Position numbers and translations under genes: made by a program. Positions 49,556 through 57,329 of a stretch of DNA of 64,000 nucleotides are shown here, in pieces. How positions within the stretch are numbered: the stretch's first letter is position 1; the number at the start of each line of letters is the position of its first letter. Source of the stretch: a virus; IMG/VR virus record IMGVR_UViG_3300037307_000181, positions 2,523 to 66,522 of that record. One strand, written 5' to 3'. The notes beneath the pieces are model-generated. The model saw nothing but the letters and a program-made list of their open reading frames with translations, searched no databases and was not told the DNA's origin.

Positions 49556-49569
49556 TTTGCACGTGCAAA
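49556..49569. promoter_or_regulatory. palindromic operator candidate TTTGCACGTGCAAA
   Basis: Perfect 14-bp palindrome, repeated elsewhere in the window. Confidence 0.55.
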
Positions 49570-49663
49570 AAGGAGAATGACATGGCAATTTCAATAATGT
49601 ATGCAAGGAGCGTGAGCTGAAAGTAATCCGGCAAAAAGCTTATAACTACGTGAAGGAGCAATC

Positions 49664-49882
49664 ATGAGAAAAAGAGTACGTATCAACATTACCAAATCTG
49701 GAGACCTGATCATTTACTTTGATGACAGGTTCTACCTGAGGACTCCAGAGTACAGACTTGAAAAGTTATTCCATGCTCTGAAAAGCTGCTCATTTATTTA
49801 CCTGGGTGATCATCCGATGTCTTACGGTAGATGTCACAAGTATATCTCAATGGAATACTTAATGGATGACACACAACTATAA
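49664..49882 (+). CDS. hypothetical protein
   Basis: AAGGAG RBS. Confidence 0.5.
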   Translation: MRKRVRINITKSGDLIIYFDDRFYLRTPEYRLEKLFHALKSCSFIYLGDHPMSYGRCHKYISMEYLMDDTQL

Positions 49883-49906
49883 AGCAACGGGTCGCTTAGC
49901 CGGCCC

Positions 49907-49934
49907 TTGACAGGGGGAATATCTATGCTATAAT
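49907..49934 (+). promoter_or_regulatory. sigma70-type promoter
   Basis: TTGACA-16-TATAAT with TGn. Confidence 0.7.
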
Positions 49935-49973
49935 AATAGCACCACCACATAAAACCAAAAGGAGACCACCACC

Positions 49974-50636
49974 ATGTTGAAATTTTCTAAGAAGAACTCT
50001 AAGATGTTACACCTAGCGCAGATGCTAGGACTCAAGGAGTCCCAGGTTGTATCGTTCGACCTGCCAGCAGGGTTCACCTGTCCCGCCACATTCCTGTGCC
50101 GTGCATTCAGTGATAAGCGCACAGGCAAGATGACAAAAGGCAAGGGAGCACAGTTCACCTGCTATGCCGCAAAGATCGAGGCTGCATACCCATCGGTACG
50201 CAGGGCACACTGGCACAACTTTGAAACCTTGCGCCCTATCTTGCGGGACGTTGACAAGATGGTAGCGTTGATTGACGCATCTCTACCTAAGGGTATCAAG
50301 GTAGTGCGCATCCACTCCAGCGGCGACTTCTGCACAGAAGAATACTTTCGGGCGTGGACTGTGATTGCCAGCCTCTATCCTGAGATCACATTCTTCACTT
50401 ATACCAAGGTGCTTCCCTACATGCGCATCGAGACCCCCGATAACTTCCATATCACCTACAGCATGGGTGGGAAGTGGGACGAAGCTTACACAAACACGAT
50501 CCCTTCCTGTACTGTTGTGAAGAATGAAGCCCAGGCGGAAGAGATCGGCCGGCCCGTAGCATGCCGTACTGTAACAGAACCCGATGACTTCACATTTATT
50601 GTTGATGGTAAGTCGTTTGCTATCTGTCTGCATTGA
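49974..50636 (+). CDS. GP88-like phage protein
   Basis: SFDLPAGFTCP..CYAAK..VRIHSSGDF..FFTYTK. Confidence 0.8.
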   Translation: MLKFSKKNSKMLHLAQMLGLKESQVVSFDLPAGFTCPATFLCRAFSDKRTGKMTKGKGAQFTCYAAKIEAAYPSVRRAHWHNFETLRPILRDVDKMVALIDASLPKGIKVVRIHSSGDFCTEEYFRAWTVIASLYPEITFFTYTKVLPYMRIETPDNFHITYSMGGKWDEAYTNTIPSCTVVKNEAQAEEIGRPVACRTVTEPDDFTFIVDGKSFAICLH

Positions 50637-50677
50637 TGCTATATAAAAAGGAGCACACGCCATGTGCTCCAATTAGC

Positions 50678-50706
50678 TTGACAAATAGACAATACTATGC
50701 TATATT
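50678..50706 (+). promoter_or_regulatory. sigma70-type promoter
   Basis: TTGACA-17-TATATT with TGn, preceded by a hairpin. Confidence 0.65.
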
Positions 50707-50724
50707 TATAGAACAGGAGGCGAC

Positions 50725-50958
50725 ATGTCTGCGAGACCACCAATCAATATCGTAGTAAGAAATGGGGTGCGCACCAGCACCGACTTTCATATGCTAATGG
50801 CATTTGCAGTGCTTCCTACCATTCTTAGTGGTGGGACGATTGCTGAGCGATTGAATGAAGATGGGTCGGTGAACTTGCCTGACTACGTAGGGTCATGCTC
50901 TAGTGAAGAGGTTAACCGCACATCAGAAGAGTTGTTTGACTGGATTATTGGAGGGTGA
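50725..50958 (+). CDS. hypothetical protein
   Basis: GGAGG RBS. Confidence 0.55.
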   Translation: MSARPPINIVVRNGVRTSTDFHMLMAFAVLPTILSGGTIAERLNEDGSVNLPDYVGSCSSEEVNRTSEELFDWIIGG

Positions 50959-51098
50959 GATGAAGTTGAGCAAAGCTGAGACACGTGACAAGAAACATTT
51001 CAAGAGACAGCATGGTATGCGAGTGTCAGGCAAGTCTGTGTTCGTAACCCAGGCTGTCCTAATCAAAAAGGCTGGTCGTTGAGCCAGCCTATAATTAA

Positions 51099-51236
51099 CC
51101 CCGCTTCCAGGCGCATCGGCAACCTGGGGTCTGAAACCTTGTTTTAGGCGAATCATTCTCGCCAACACGCACGGAAAGCGTAACGGGCTGCGGTACGTAT
51201 GACGCATAAGGCAGACGCAAGTTGTAGGCGGCGGGG
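51099..51236 (+). ncRNA. candidate multi-hairpin structured RNA
   Basis: CCCCGC/GCGGGG closing stem enclosing 4 hairpins. Confidence 0.45.
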
Positions 51237-51260
51237 ATACTCAATTGTAAGGAGATAACT

Positions 51261-51650
51261 ATGGCAATCGTAAAAGAAGGAACAGTAGTAGAAACAACAC
51301 TAATCCAGGAGTTTGCAGACTCCCTGGTATTTTCTATCACCCTGGCTAAGTATCCTGATGAACCAGTTGATAGTGACATAGAGACCCTGGTCTCGGTAGT
51401 AGAGTTAGCACTGGAAGGTTACGCCCTCTTCTTCTTTGCCGGCCTTCCCGTGCCAGATGAACTGGAGCAGGTGCTCAATATCATCGACGGTTTTATCGAC
51501 GGTGACTGCATCCTGAGTGTAGAAGATGGCAAGGTTGTTTACTCAAAGATGCCAAAGCTTGAGCCACAAGAAAAGTGTGCGCAGTGTAACAGTCCTGTCT
51601 GCCAACTGAGTTTACCTAATCGAACTAGAGGTATGATATGTCTGAACTAA
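51261..51650 (+). CDS. hypothetical protein
   Basis: ORF track. Confidence 0.55.
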   Translation: MAIVKEGTVVETTLIQEFADSLVFSITLAKYPDEPVDSDIETLVSVVELALEGYALFFFAGLPVPDELEQVLNIIDGFIDGDCILSVEDGKVVYSKMPKLEPQEKCAQCNSPVCQLSLPNRTRGMICLN

Positions 51651-51904
51651 CTTTCAAGTGCTGTCTGTGTGGGGAAGAGTTTACCCCTGAGTTTCTATCT
51701 GTCGAGTCTATTGAAGATGCAGGTGTGCGCAGCGCAGTGACTGCTATTCGCCTAGAGCCTAGCGAGTGCGTGTGTGTGTACTGTGAGAACTTGATCGAGC
51801 CAGATGAAGATGCTGACTTTGGGCGTACAGATGCAGAGACCTGGGAGTTCTCAGGTGTGAACCTAGACCCTGGCATGCAGGTGTTCTATCAGCTAAACTA
51901 CTAG
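51638..51904 (+). CDS. acidic Zn-ribbon protein
   Basis: CCLCG..CVYC. Confidence 0.5.
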   Translation: MSELTFKCCLCGEEFTPEFLSVESIEDAGVRSAVTAIRLEPSECVCVYCENLIEPDEDADFGRTDAETWEFSGVNLDPGMQVFYQLNY

Positions 51905-52170
51905 AATGCTGGAGAAATCCAGCAATTAGTCTATATGTGGACTGCAACAATACTCGTAAAAATAGCAAAGCTTTTCTATCGTTTATCAAAAGAAAACTAC
52001 AGAAAAGCAGAGGAATATGCAGAGATATCTAGGAAACTAATAAATAATAACTACTTTTATTTATCTGTTTTATTTGCTAGATATCACATAATAATGGGCA
52101 CAATATTCTACAAGATTGGGGGGCGGGTTGCCGGCCTCCTACGGTGGCTGCACCACCTCCTACTAAGGAG

Positions 52171-52467
52171 ATGACCATATACAGTGAACAGATGGAGAAC
52201 TATATCCAGAGCACATTCAACCAGACGCCTGCCGACCTCAACGATCTAGTCAAGGCTGAGCAGCACAACCTGGATATCGAGCCAGATGAAGCTTACAAGC
52301 TAGGGCGTGTGGATGCTGAGGAATATGGAGCAGACTCCGGCAATCCTTTTGAACAGGGGACTCAAGAGTGGGATGCCTGGGAAGCTGGCTTCAAAGCTGG
52401 ACTTGCTCACATCAATAACACACCAGCATGGTGGACACAAGAGCAACGTGCCCTTGACAAAGAATAA
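52171..52467 (+). CDS. hypothetical protein (Rmf/CrpP-like W/G motif)
   Basis: NPF..GT..W.AW.AGF. Confidence 0.5.
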   Translation: MTIYSEQMENYIQSTFNQTPADLNDLVKAEQHNLDIEPDEAYKLGRVDAEEYGADSGNPFEQGTQEWDAWEAGFKAGLAHINNTPAWWTQEQRALDKE

Positions 52468-52504
52468 TATCCCTGCTATAATAACAACACTTTGCACGTG
52501 CAAA
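52454..52504 (+). promoter_or_regulatory. sigma70 promoter with palindromic operator candidate just downstream
   Basis: TTGACA-17-TATAAT, then TTTGCACGTGCAAA at 52491-52504. Confidence 0.7.
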
Positions 52505-53018
52505 GTAGGCTGGAGAGAACATGGCAAATAGAGTAAATAAAAATACAGGCGGATGTGGTTGCATCTTCGGTATCATCAATACAGTCCTGGCAGTTATCGT
52601 AGGCATCTGTGCAGCAGCAGTGTTCGGTGTGTACTTGATTGTGATCGGCGTTATCATAGCGGGTATTGCATTGCTGCTCAAGTTGTTCAGTTTGTAGAAT
52701 GAGCACAGGCAATCCAATCCTGTCTGTGCTCCTACGATATGAGGAGTATCCAATTGTGTACATCTACAGGAAGGATGCCCTAAGAGTATACGTTGGGATG
52801 AAGAGAGTACAACGAGTGTTTAGACTCCTCAGAAGCAGGAAACTAAGATCGGAGATACAGGTTGAGCCAGACCTAATCAGAGTAGCGTTCTTTATAAGGA
52901 GAGCAGATGGCACACAACAACGTGAAGTTGCAACACTATAACTACGACACCCACCAGATGGAAAGTGATGGGGAAGTGAGCATCCACCAATTAGCAAGTC
53001 TAAACTATAGGAGGTAAT

Positions 53019-53258
53019 ATGGCAGAGATTGACATCTTATTGGAAGAGGAAGAGAAAGACCTGAACACGAGGGACGAAGTTGTAACGGCTGTTCATATCC
53101 TGTGTAGCAAGTTGAAGCAGTACAATAAACGGCACAACACTAGCTATACCAGCATCCGTATCTTTGATGATGTGAGTGGTGGCTTACTGAATAGCTCTGA
53201 CATGGAGTTTAAAATGTTCAAAGATGTACAAGACCTGTGCTCAATCTTGGAGGAATAA
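53019..53258 (+). CDS. hypothetical protein
   Basis: GGAGG RBS. Confidence 0.55.
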   Translation: MAEIDILLEEEEKDLNTRDEVVTAVHILCSKLKQYNKRHNTSYTSIRIFDDVSGGLLNSSDMEFKMFKDVQDLCSILEE

Positions 53259-53453
53259 ATGATTACCGTTGACGACGCATATGTAGATGGAGTAGACGAA
53301 GAAGTAATGAACATCACTACGTGGCTCTCTAACCTGGAATGTGCTAACCCAGGCTCAATCGTAGCTGCGGTGATCCGCAGCGATGGGACTGGCGATATCG
53401 TGGTAGATGGCCGGCCAATCCTTTCGTTTGAGGTGAAAGCATTTATTGTTTGA
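53259..53453 (+). CDS. hypothetical protein
   Basis: GGAGG RBS. Confidence 0.5.
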   Translation: MITVDDAYVDGVDEEVMNITTWLSNLECANPGSIVAAVIRSDGTGDIVVDGRPILSFEVKAFIV

Positions 53454-53456
53454 CTC

Positions 53457-53486
53457 TTGACAAAAGTACAATATCTATGCTATAAT
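53457..53486 (+). promoter_or_regulatory. sigma70-type promoter
   Basis: TTGACA-18-TATAAT with TGn. Confidence 0.75.
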
Positions 53487-53514
53487 AATAGCATCTTACA
53501 AAGGAGAGTATCTA

Positions 53515-53703
53515 ATGACGAAAGCACTATCGAGTTACCCACAGTACCAGCGGAAGGCAGTCGCCCTCCAGCGGGTGCGCAACGGGGAAAAGTCCGACCA
53601 GAAAGGGTTGGGCTACTGGGGAGCGAAGGATGCTACAAAGCACTTCAAAGTTGAGGAGGTTGTGAAAGAAGAGGAAGAGAGTAACGTGCCGGCCGCAGCA
53701 TAA
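53515..53703 (+). CDS. small hypothetical protein
   Basis: AAGGAG RBS. Confidence 0.45.
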   Translation: MTKALSSYPQYQRKAVALQRVRNGEKSDQKGLGYWGAKDATKHFKVEEVVKEEEESNVPAAA

Positions 53704-53721
53704 CAAGCGGCACACAAAGTG

Positions 53722-54082
53722 ATCCCCTCCTGGGATGCCAAGTGACCCTATGGGTGTTGGGCAGGGACAGGAAGTACAGGGTGTAGCAGTAGTTCCTGGG
53801 AGGTGAGTCGGAGTAAACGCCAGTGAGCGGGGGGATAAACAGAAGGTCACTGTCGGGCGGGGGTCGCCCCCACTAATTAGAGTGTTTGACAATAGGAACA
53901 GTGGTGTCTCATAGAGAAAGACTATGGACGTGCGCTGACTAGATGGCTCGGCACTCAACTAGCATAGCTTCGTGCAATTCGGGACTGCCGCTCCGTAAGG
54001 AAGGAACGATACAACAGTCGAAAGCGAGCACCTAGAATGTATAGGTGAAGCAGTCAACAACCGTGATAGTCGGTGATGCTAG
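53722..54082 (+). ncRNA. candidate structured RNA region (two domains)
   Basis: GC-rich, no convincing plus-strand ORF, multiple long-range pairings. Confidence 0.45.
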
Positions 54083-54258
54083 TGATAAACAATATTCTGG
54101 AGGATAATAATGGATTATTTAGAACGAATAAATAGTGATCTGGCTAAGTTTGATGGCATATGGGTTGAATGCGAGGACTTGCTGCATATCAGCCTAAGCC
54201 TGGATGAATGTGTTGAACTATGCAACTTATATATGCTGGCTGAACAGGAGAAGAGTCA

Positions 54259-54465
54259 ATGAGCACAAAGCACAATCGCATCCAGGTAAGCTCAGGTGTC
54301 TACATCTGTAGTGAATGTGGCAAGAAAACCAGGGACACTGGACAGGGTGAGGCCGAAGTTGAAATGTGTGCCCACTGCTATAACGTAGCTTTGTGGATCA
54401 ACTATGTTTCCGATGGTGGAGACATCAACAAAGTACCGGAAGAATATCGAGCGGAGGTAGCGTAA
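54259..54465 (+). CDS. small Zn-finger protein
   Basis: CSECGK..CAHC. Confidence 0.55.
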   Translation: MSTKHNRIQVSSGVYICSECGKKTRDTGQGEAEVEMCAHCYNVALWINYVSDGGDINKVPEEYRAEVA

Positions 54466-54953
54466 TGACTAAGTTTGTTTATCACGTAAACTTTACCTGG
54501 GACTTGACCACAGAAGAGTGGTATGTCTTAGCTGCTAATCGCTTCTCTGCCGTGAAGAAAGCTATGGTAGAAAGCAACAGAGAAAAGGATATCTGGTTCT
54601 ATGCCATGCGCTTTGACACAGTGAAAACACACGTGGATACAAACGTTATCCAAACATCTTTCACTAGCCTGGATGATATCCAGGTAGAGACTAAGACGAC
54701 TGGCTTGCTCCAATAATCACATACCCCTTAAGTTATGGAGTCCTCATGAGGACACGGAGATACTATGAATAAGAGAAAGTTTGTGCAGGATACACATGTT
54801 CGAGCCGAAGCATTTGGCTTCCTGGTCTCAATCCGTAGATACTGGAGGCATGAAGATGGTCGCATCCACTACCAAGTACGCAACTATCACACCAGTGTTG
54901 AGCGTGGCAGCTTTGTTGATGTGACAGCGCACAGAATGATGATCCGCTAGGAG

Positions 54954-55190
54954 GTGGGTATGCAGGTATGGAAAGTTGTTGTGCGTACAAATACACCAAG
55001 TGTTCGTGAAGTCTTTACCTATATCGTTCCAGCAGAAAGTGCCCTGGAAGCACGTAAAAATATTGTGCAGCTTCCATACTGGAATGATGGGCTGACAGCG
55101 ACGGAGATTGAAATCGAGCAGGTTGTACTGGATCAGGCTGTGCTCGTATCTTATGCAAGTTGGGAGACTGTCTATGAAAACGATTGGTAA
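54954..55190 (+). CDS. hypothetical protein
   Basis: GGAGG RBS. Confidence 0.5.
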   Translation: MGMQVWKVVVRTNTPSVREVFTYIVPAESALEARKNIVQLPYWNDGLTATEIEIEQVVLDQAVLVSYASWETVYENDW

Positions 55191-55447
55191 CTACGTTGAG
55201 GTTTACTTTACTCAGTTAGATAACGGGGCTGAGATTGCAGTGACTGCCGTGATGAATGGCTCAGTGAAACAGGAAAAGGTTGTTGCTGAACTGCGTGACA
55301 CCATTGTACCCCCAGGCAGGGTGCTGTATTCTCGCATGGTCTACTTGTACCCAAATGTTCTCACTCCAGACCTAAACATCGAGAACATCAACAACCTGAA
55401 AACAACTGGAACATTCTAAGAAAGATTAATAAAGGGCAGAAATGCCC

Positions 55448-55476
55448 TTGCAATTTTGCATTTTCTATGCTATAAT
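55448..55476 (+). promoter_or_regulatory. sigma70-type promoter
   Basis: TTGCAA-17-TATAAT with TGn. Confidence 0.7.
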
Positions 55477-55503
55477 AATTGTAGAGAAAGGAAGGTACAA
55501 CAT

Positions 55504-55740
55504 ATGGCAACAAGTAAACCAGCTTTTGAGCATGTGACTTGTTCCCGCTGTGGTGGTTCTGGTCACTACAGCTTCAACCTGATGTATGGTACTGTGTGTT
55601 TCAAGTGTCATGGTCGTGGCTGGTGCTACACTAAACGTGGTGCAGCAGCTAACACCAACACTTTACAAGAAGCAAAGGATATTGTTAGAGCTGTACGCAC
55701 TGTACTTTTCCATCAAGTAGATATGAGCAAAGCTCTATGA
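55504..55740 (+). CDS. DnaJ-type Zn-finger small protein
   Basis: CSRCGGSG..CFKCHGRG; start ATG 55504. Confidence 0.6.
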   Translation: MATSKPAFEHVTCSRCGGSGHYSFNLMYGTVCFKCHGRGWCYTKRGAAANTNTLQEAKDIVRAVRTVLFHQVDMSKAL

Positions 55741-55979
55741 AAACTGCTAACAAAGAAACACTAAGAGAGCTACAAGATATAACCGGAAATGCTACTGAAC
55801 ACTTTAATAATCTGTGGTTTTCTTTGCTAACAGAAGATCAGCAAAAAGCACTGCTTCCAGCGTTGATCAGTATGATAGTTGCTATAAGGCGTGAGGCGGC
55901 TATGTCACAGATTGTACATCCACAAGCTTTTCTTGGAAACATTGGCGAAAAAGTTATTCAACTAATAGGAGAGATGTAA
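55737..55979 (+). CDS. hypothetical protein
   Basis: Coupled ORF. Confidence 0.5.
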   Translation: MKTANKETLRELQDITGNATEHFNNLWFSLLTEDQQKALLPALISMIVAIRREAAMSQIVHPQAFLGNIGEKVIQLIGEM

Positions 55980-56221
55980 TGATCACGCTAACACAGGAAC
56001 AGTATGATAAGCTGGTAGATGCTCTGAGAGTAGGCATCATACACTTTAACATGAAAGCCCAGGGTAAGCTGGTGGGCTTAGATAAAAGAGACGATAACGT
56101 ACGCCAAGCTTTATGTGAAGCCATCTCTGTGCTCACTGGTGAAGTCATCTGCGGTAATCTCCAGCGCACAGGTGAGACTAAGAAAGTCATAGAAGAACTA
56201 GGCACAGTCGTAAAAAAGTAA
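55979..56221 (+). CDS. hypothetical protein
   Basis: Coupled ORF. Confidence 0.5.
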   Translation: MITLTQEQYDKLVDALRVGIIHFNMKAQGKLVGLDKRDDNVRQALCEAISVLTGEVICGNLQRTGETKKVIEELGTVVKK

Positions 56222-56229
56222 GAAGCTAT

Positions 56230-56302
56230 TGGGGATTAGGACAATCGGTTAGTCCACTGGTCTTTGAAACCAGACGTGAAGGTTCGAACCCTCCATCCCC
56301 AG
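56230..56302 (+). tRNA. tRNA-Gln(TTG)
   Basis: Loop CTTTGAA; cloverleaf. Confidence 0.88.
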
Positions 56303-56316
56303 TTTGAAATTGACCA

Positions 56317-56346
56317 TTGACAAATAAAGCATTTCTATGCTATAAT
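56317..56346 (+). promoter_or_regulatory. sigma70-type promoter
   Basis: TTGACA-18-TATAAT with TGn. Confidence 0.8.
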
Positions 56347-56365
56347 AATAGAGTAAGTTAAACGT

Positions 56366-56502
56366 GCCACCATTGTCTAATAGGAAGGACATTACTTCCA
56401 GAGGCAAAGATGCTGACCACATCTGACCGGTTAAATCGTCTGGTCAACAAGCTTCTGGTTTGTACAGGAGGTAAGACGGAGGTTTGAGTCCTCTTGGTGG
56501 CT
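56366..56502 (+). ncRNA. tRNA-scaffold RNA A with a 73-nt domain replacing the anticodon loop
   Basis: Acceptor GCCACCA/TGGTGGC, D arm, T arm GGAGG-TTTGAGT-CCTCT. Confidence 0.75.
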
Positions 56503-56519
56503 GCTAATTTGTAAGTTGC

Positions 56520-56590
56520 GGGGGTTTAGTTCAATGGGAGAACGCTTCTCTTGCACAGAAAAAATATCAGTTCGATTCTGATAACCTCCA
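56520..56590 (+). tRNA. tRNA-Ala(TGC)
   Basis: Loop CTTGCAC. Confidence 0.82.
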
Positions 56591-56603
56591 CCTAGTTTGC
56601 GCA

Positions 56604-56633
56604 GTTGCATTTTGCTCCACAAAACGATTGTAG
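56604..56633 (+). promoter_or_regulatory. putative late promoter motif
   Basis: GTTGCATT-N13-CGATTGTAG. Confidence 0.65.
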
Positions 56634-56660
56634 TATTTAGATCATATTGTGGAGGATTTT

Positions 56661-57227
56661 ATGGGTAAACATAAGAGTGGTCAAGCAAAAGTAAATGTTG
56701 TGTGTGAAACATGTGGTGTAACATTTCAAAAAAGAATTGCTGAGAAGACACGAACAAAGCACAACTATTGCTCCAGGATGTGTGTTCCAAAACACGGAAA
56801 GAAAAGAGACCCTGAAAATTATGTTGAGTTGGTATGCTCAGGTTGTGGAAAAAGTTTCATCAGAAGAAAGACATACCTATCACGCAGCAAGAGTGGGTTT
56901 TATTTCTGCTCAAGGAAATGCAAAGATGATGCACAAAGAATAGGCAGTGGTTTTGAAATCATGCTGCCAGAGCACTATGGAATAATGCAAGAAAAGTATA
57001 GGGATAAAGCATTAGCACACTACCCTAATCGTTGTGAATTATGTGGATGGGATGAGCACGTAGTATGCCTGGATGTTCATCACATAGACGAAGATAGAGA
57101 CAACAACAGCATAGACAATCTTGTAATCTTGTGCTGTAACTGTCACCAATACTTACATAGAACTGGAAAAAAGTATTCACGAATACCCTTGACAATAAGT
57201 AATAATGATGCTATAATAATAGGGTAA
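56661..57227 (+). mobile_element. HNH homing endonuclease with Zn-finger repeats
   Basis: CETCG..YCS..CSGCG..FCSRKC..LDVHHIDEDRDNNSIDNLVILCCNCH. Confidence 0.85.
57189..57217 (+). promoter_or_regulatory. sigma70-type promoter for the RNA island
   Basis: TTGACA-17-TATAAT with TGn. Confidence 0.8.
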
Positions 57228-57261
57228 GAAGTAAACAGAACTTTAATAACTTCATAAATTC

Positions 57262-57320
57262 CACCTCAACGTGAGTGCCTAGCACGAAAGGCGTACATTC
57301 AGTTCGAGTCTGATGGGGTG
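57262..57320 (+). ncRNA. minimal D-armless tRNA-like element
   Basis: CACCTCA/TGGGGTG, GCCT/AGGC arm, T-loop TTCGAGT. Confidence 0.5.
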
Positions 57321-57329
57321 AATTAACAA

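Noticed and set aside
53586-53596. GGAAAAGTCCG resembling the RNase P RNA CR-I motif
   Set aside because: It has an extra A, lies in a small RBS-led ORF, and no matching 3' AACCCGGCTTA-like CR-V was found downstream.
56397-56469. Canonical 37/38 tRNA intron in scaffolds A and B
   Set aside because: Removing the insert gives no YU-NNN-R loop in B and an inconsistent CAG/short-variable-arm tRNA in A; no bulge-helix-bulge is evident.
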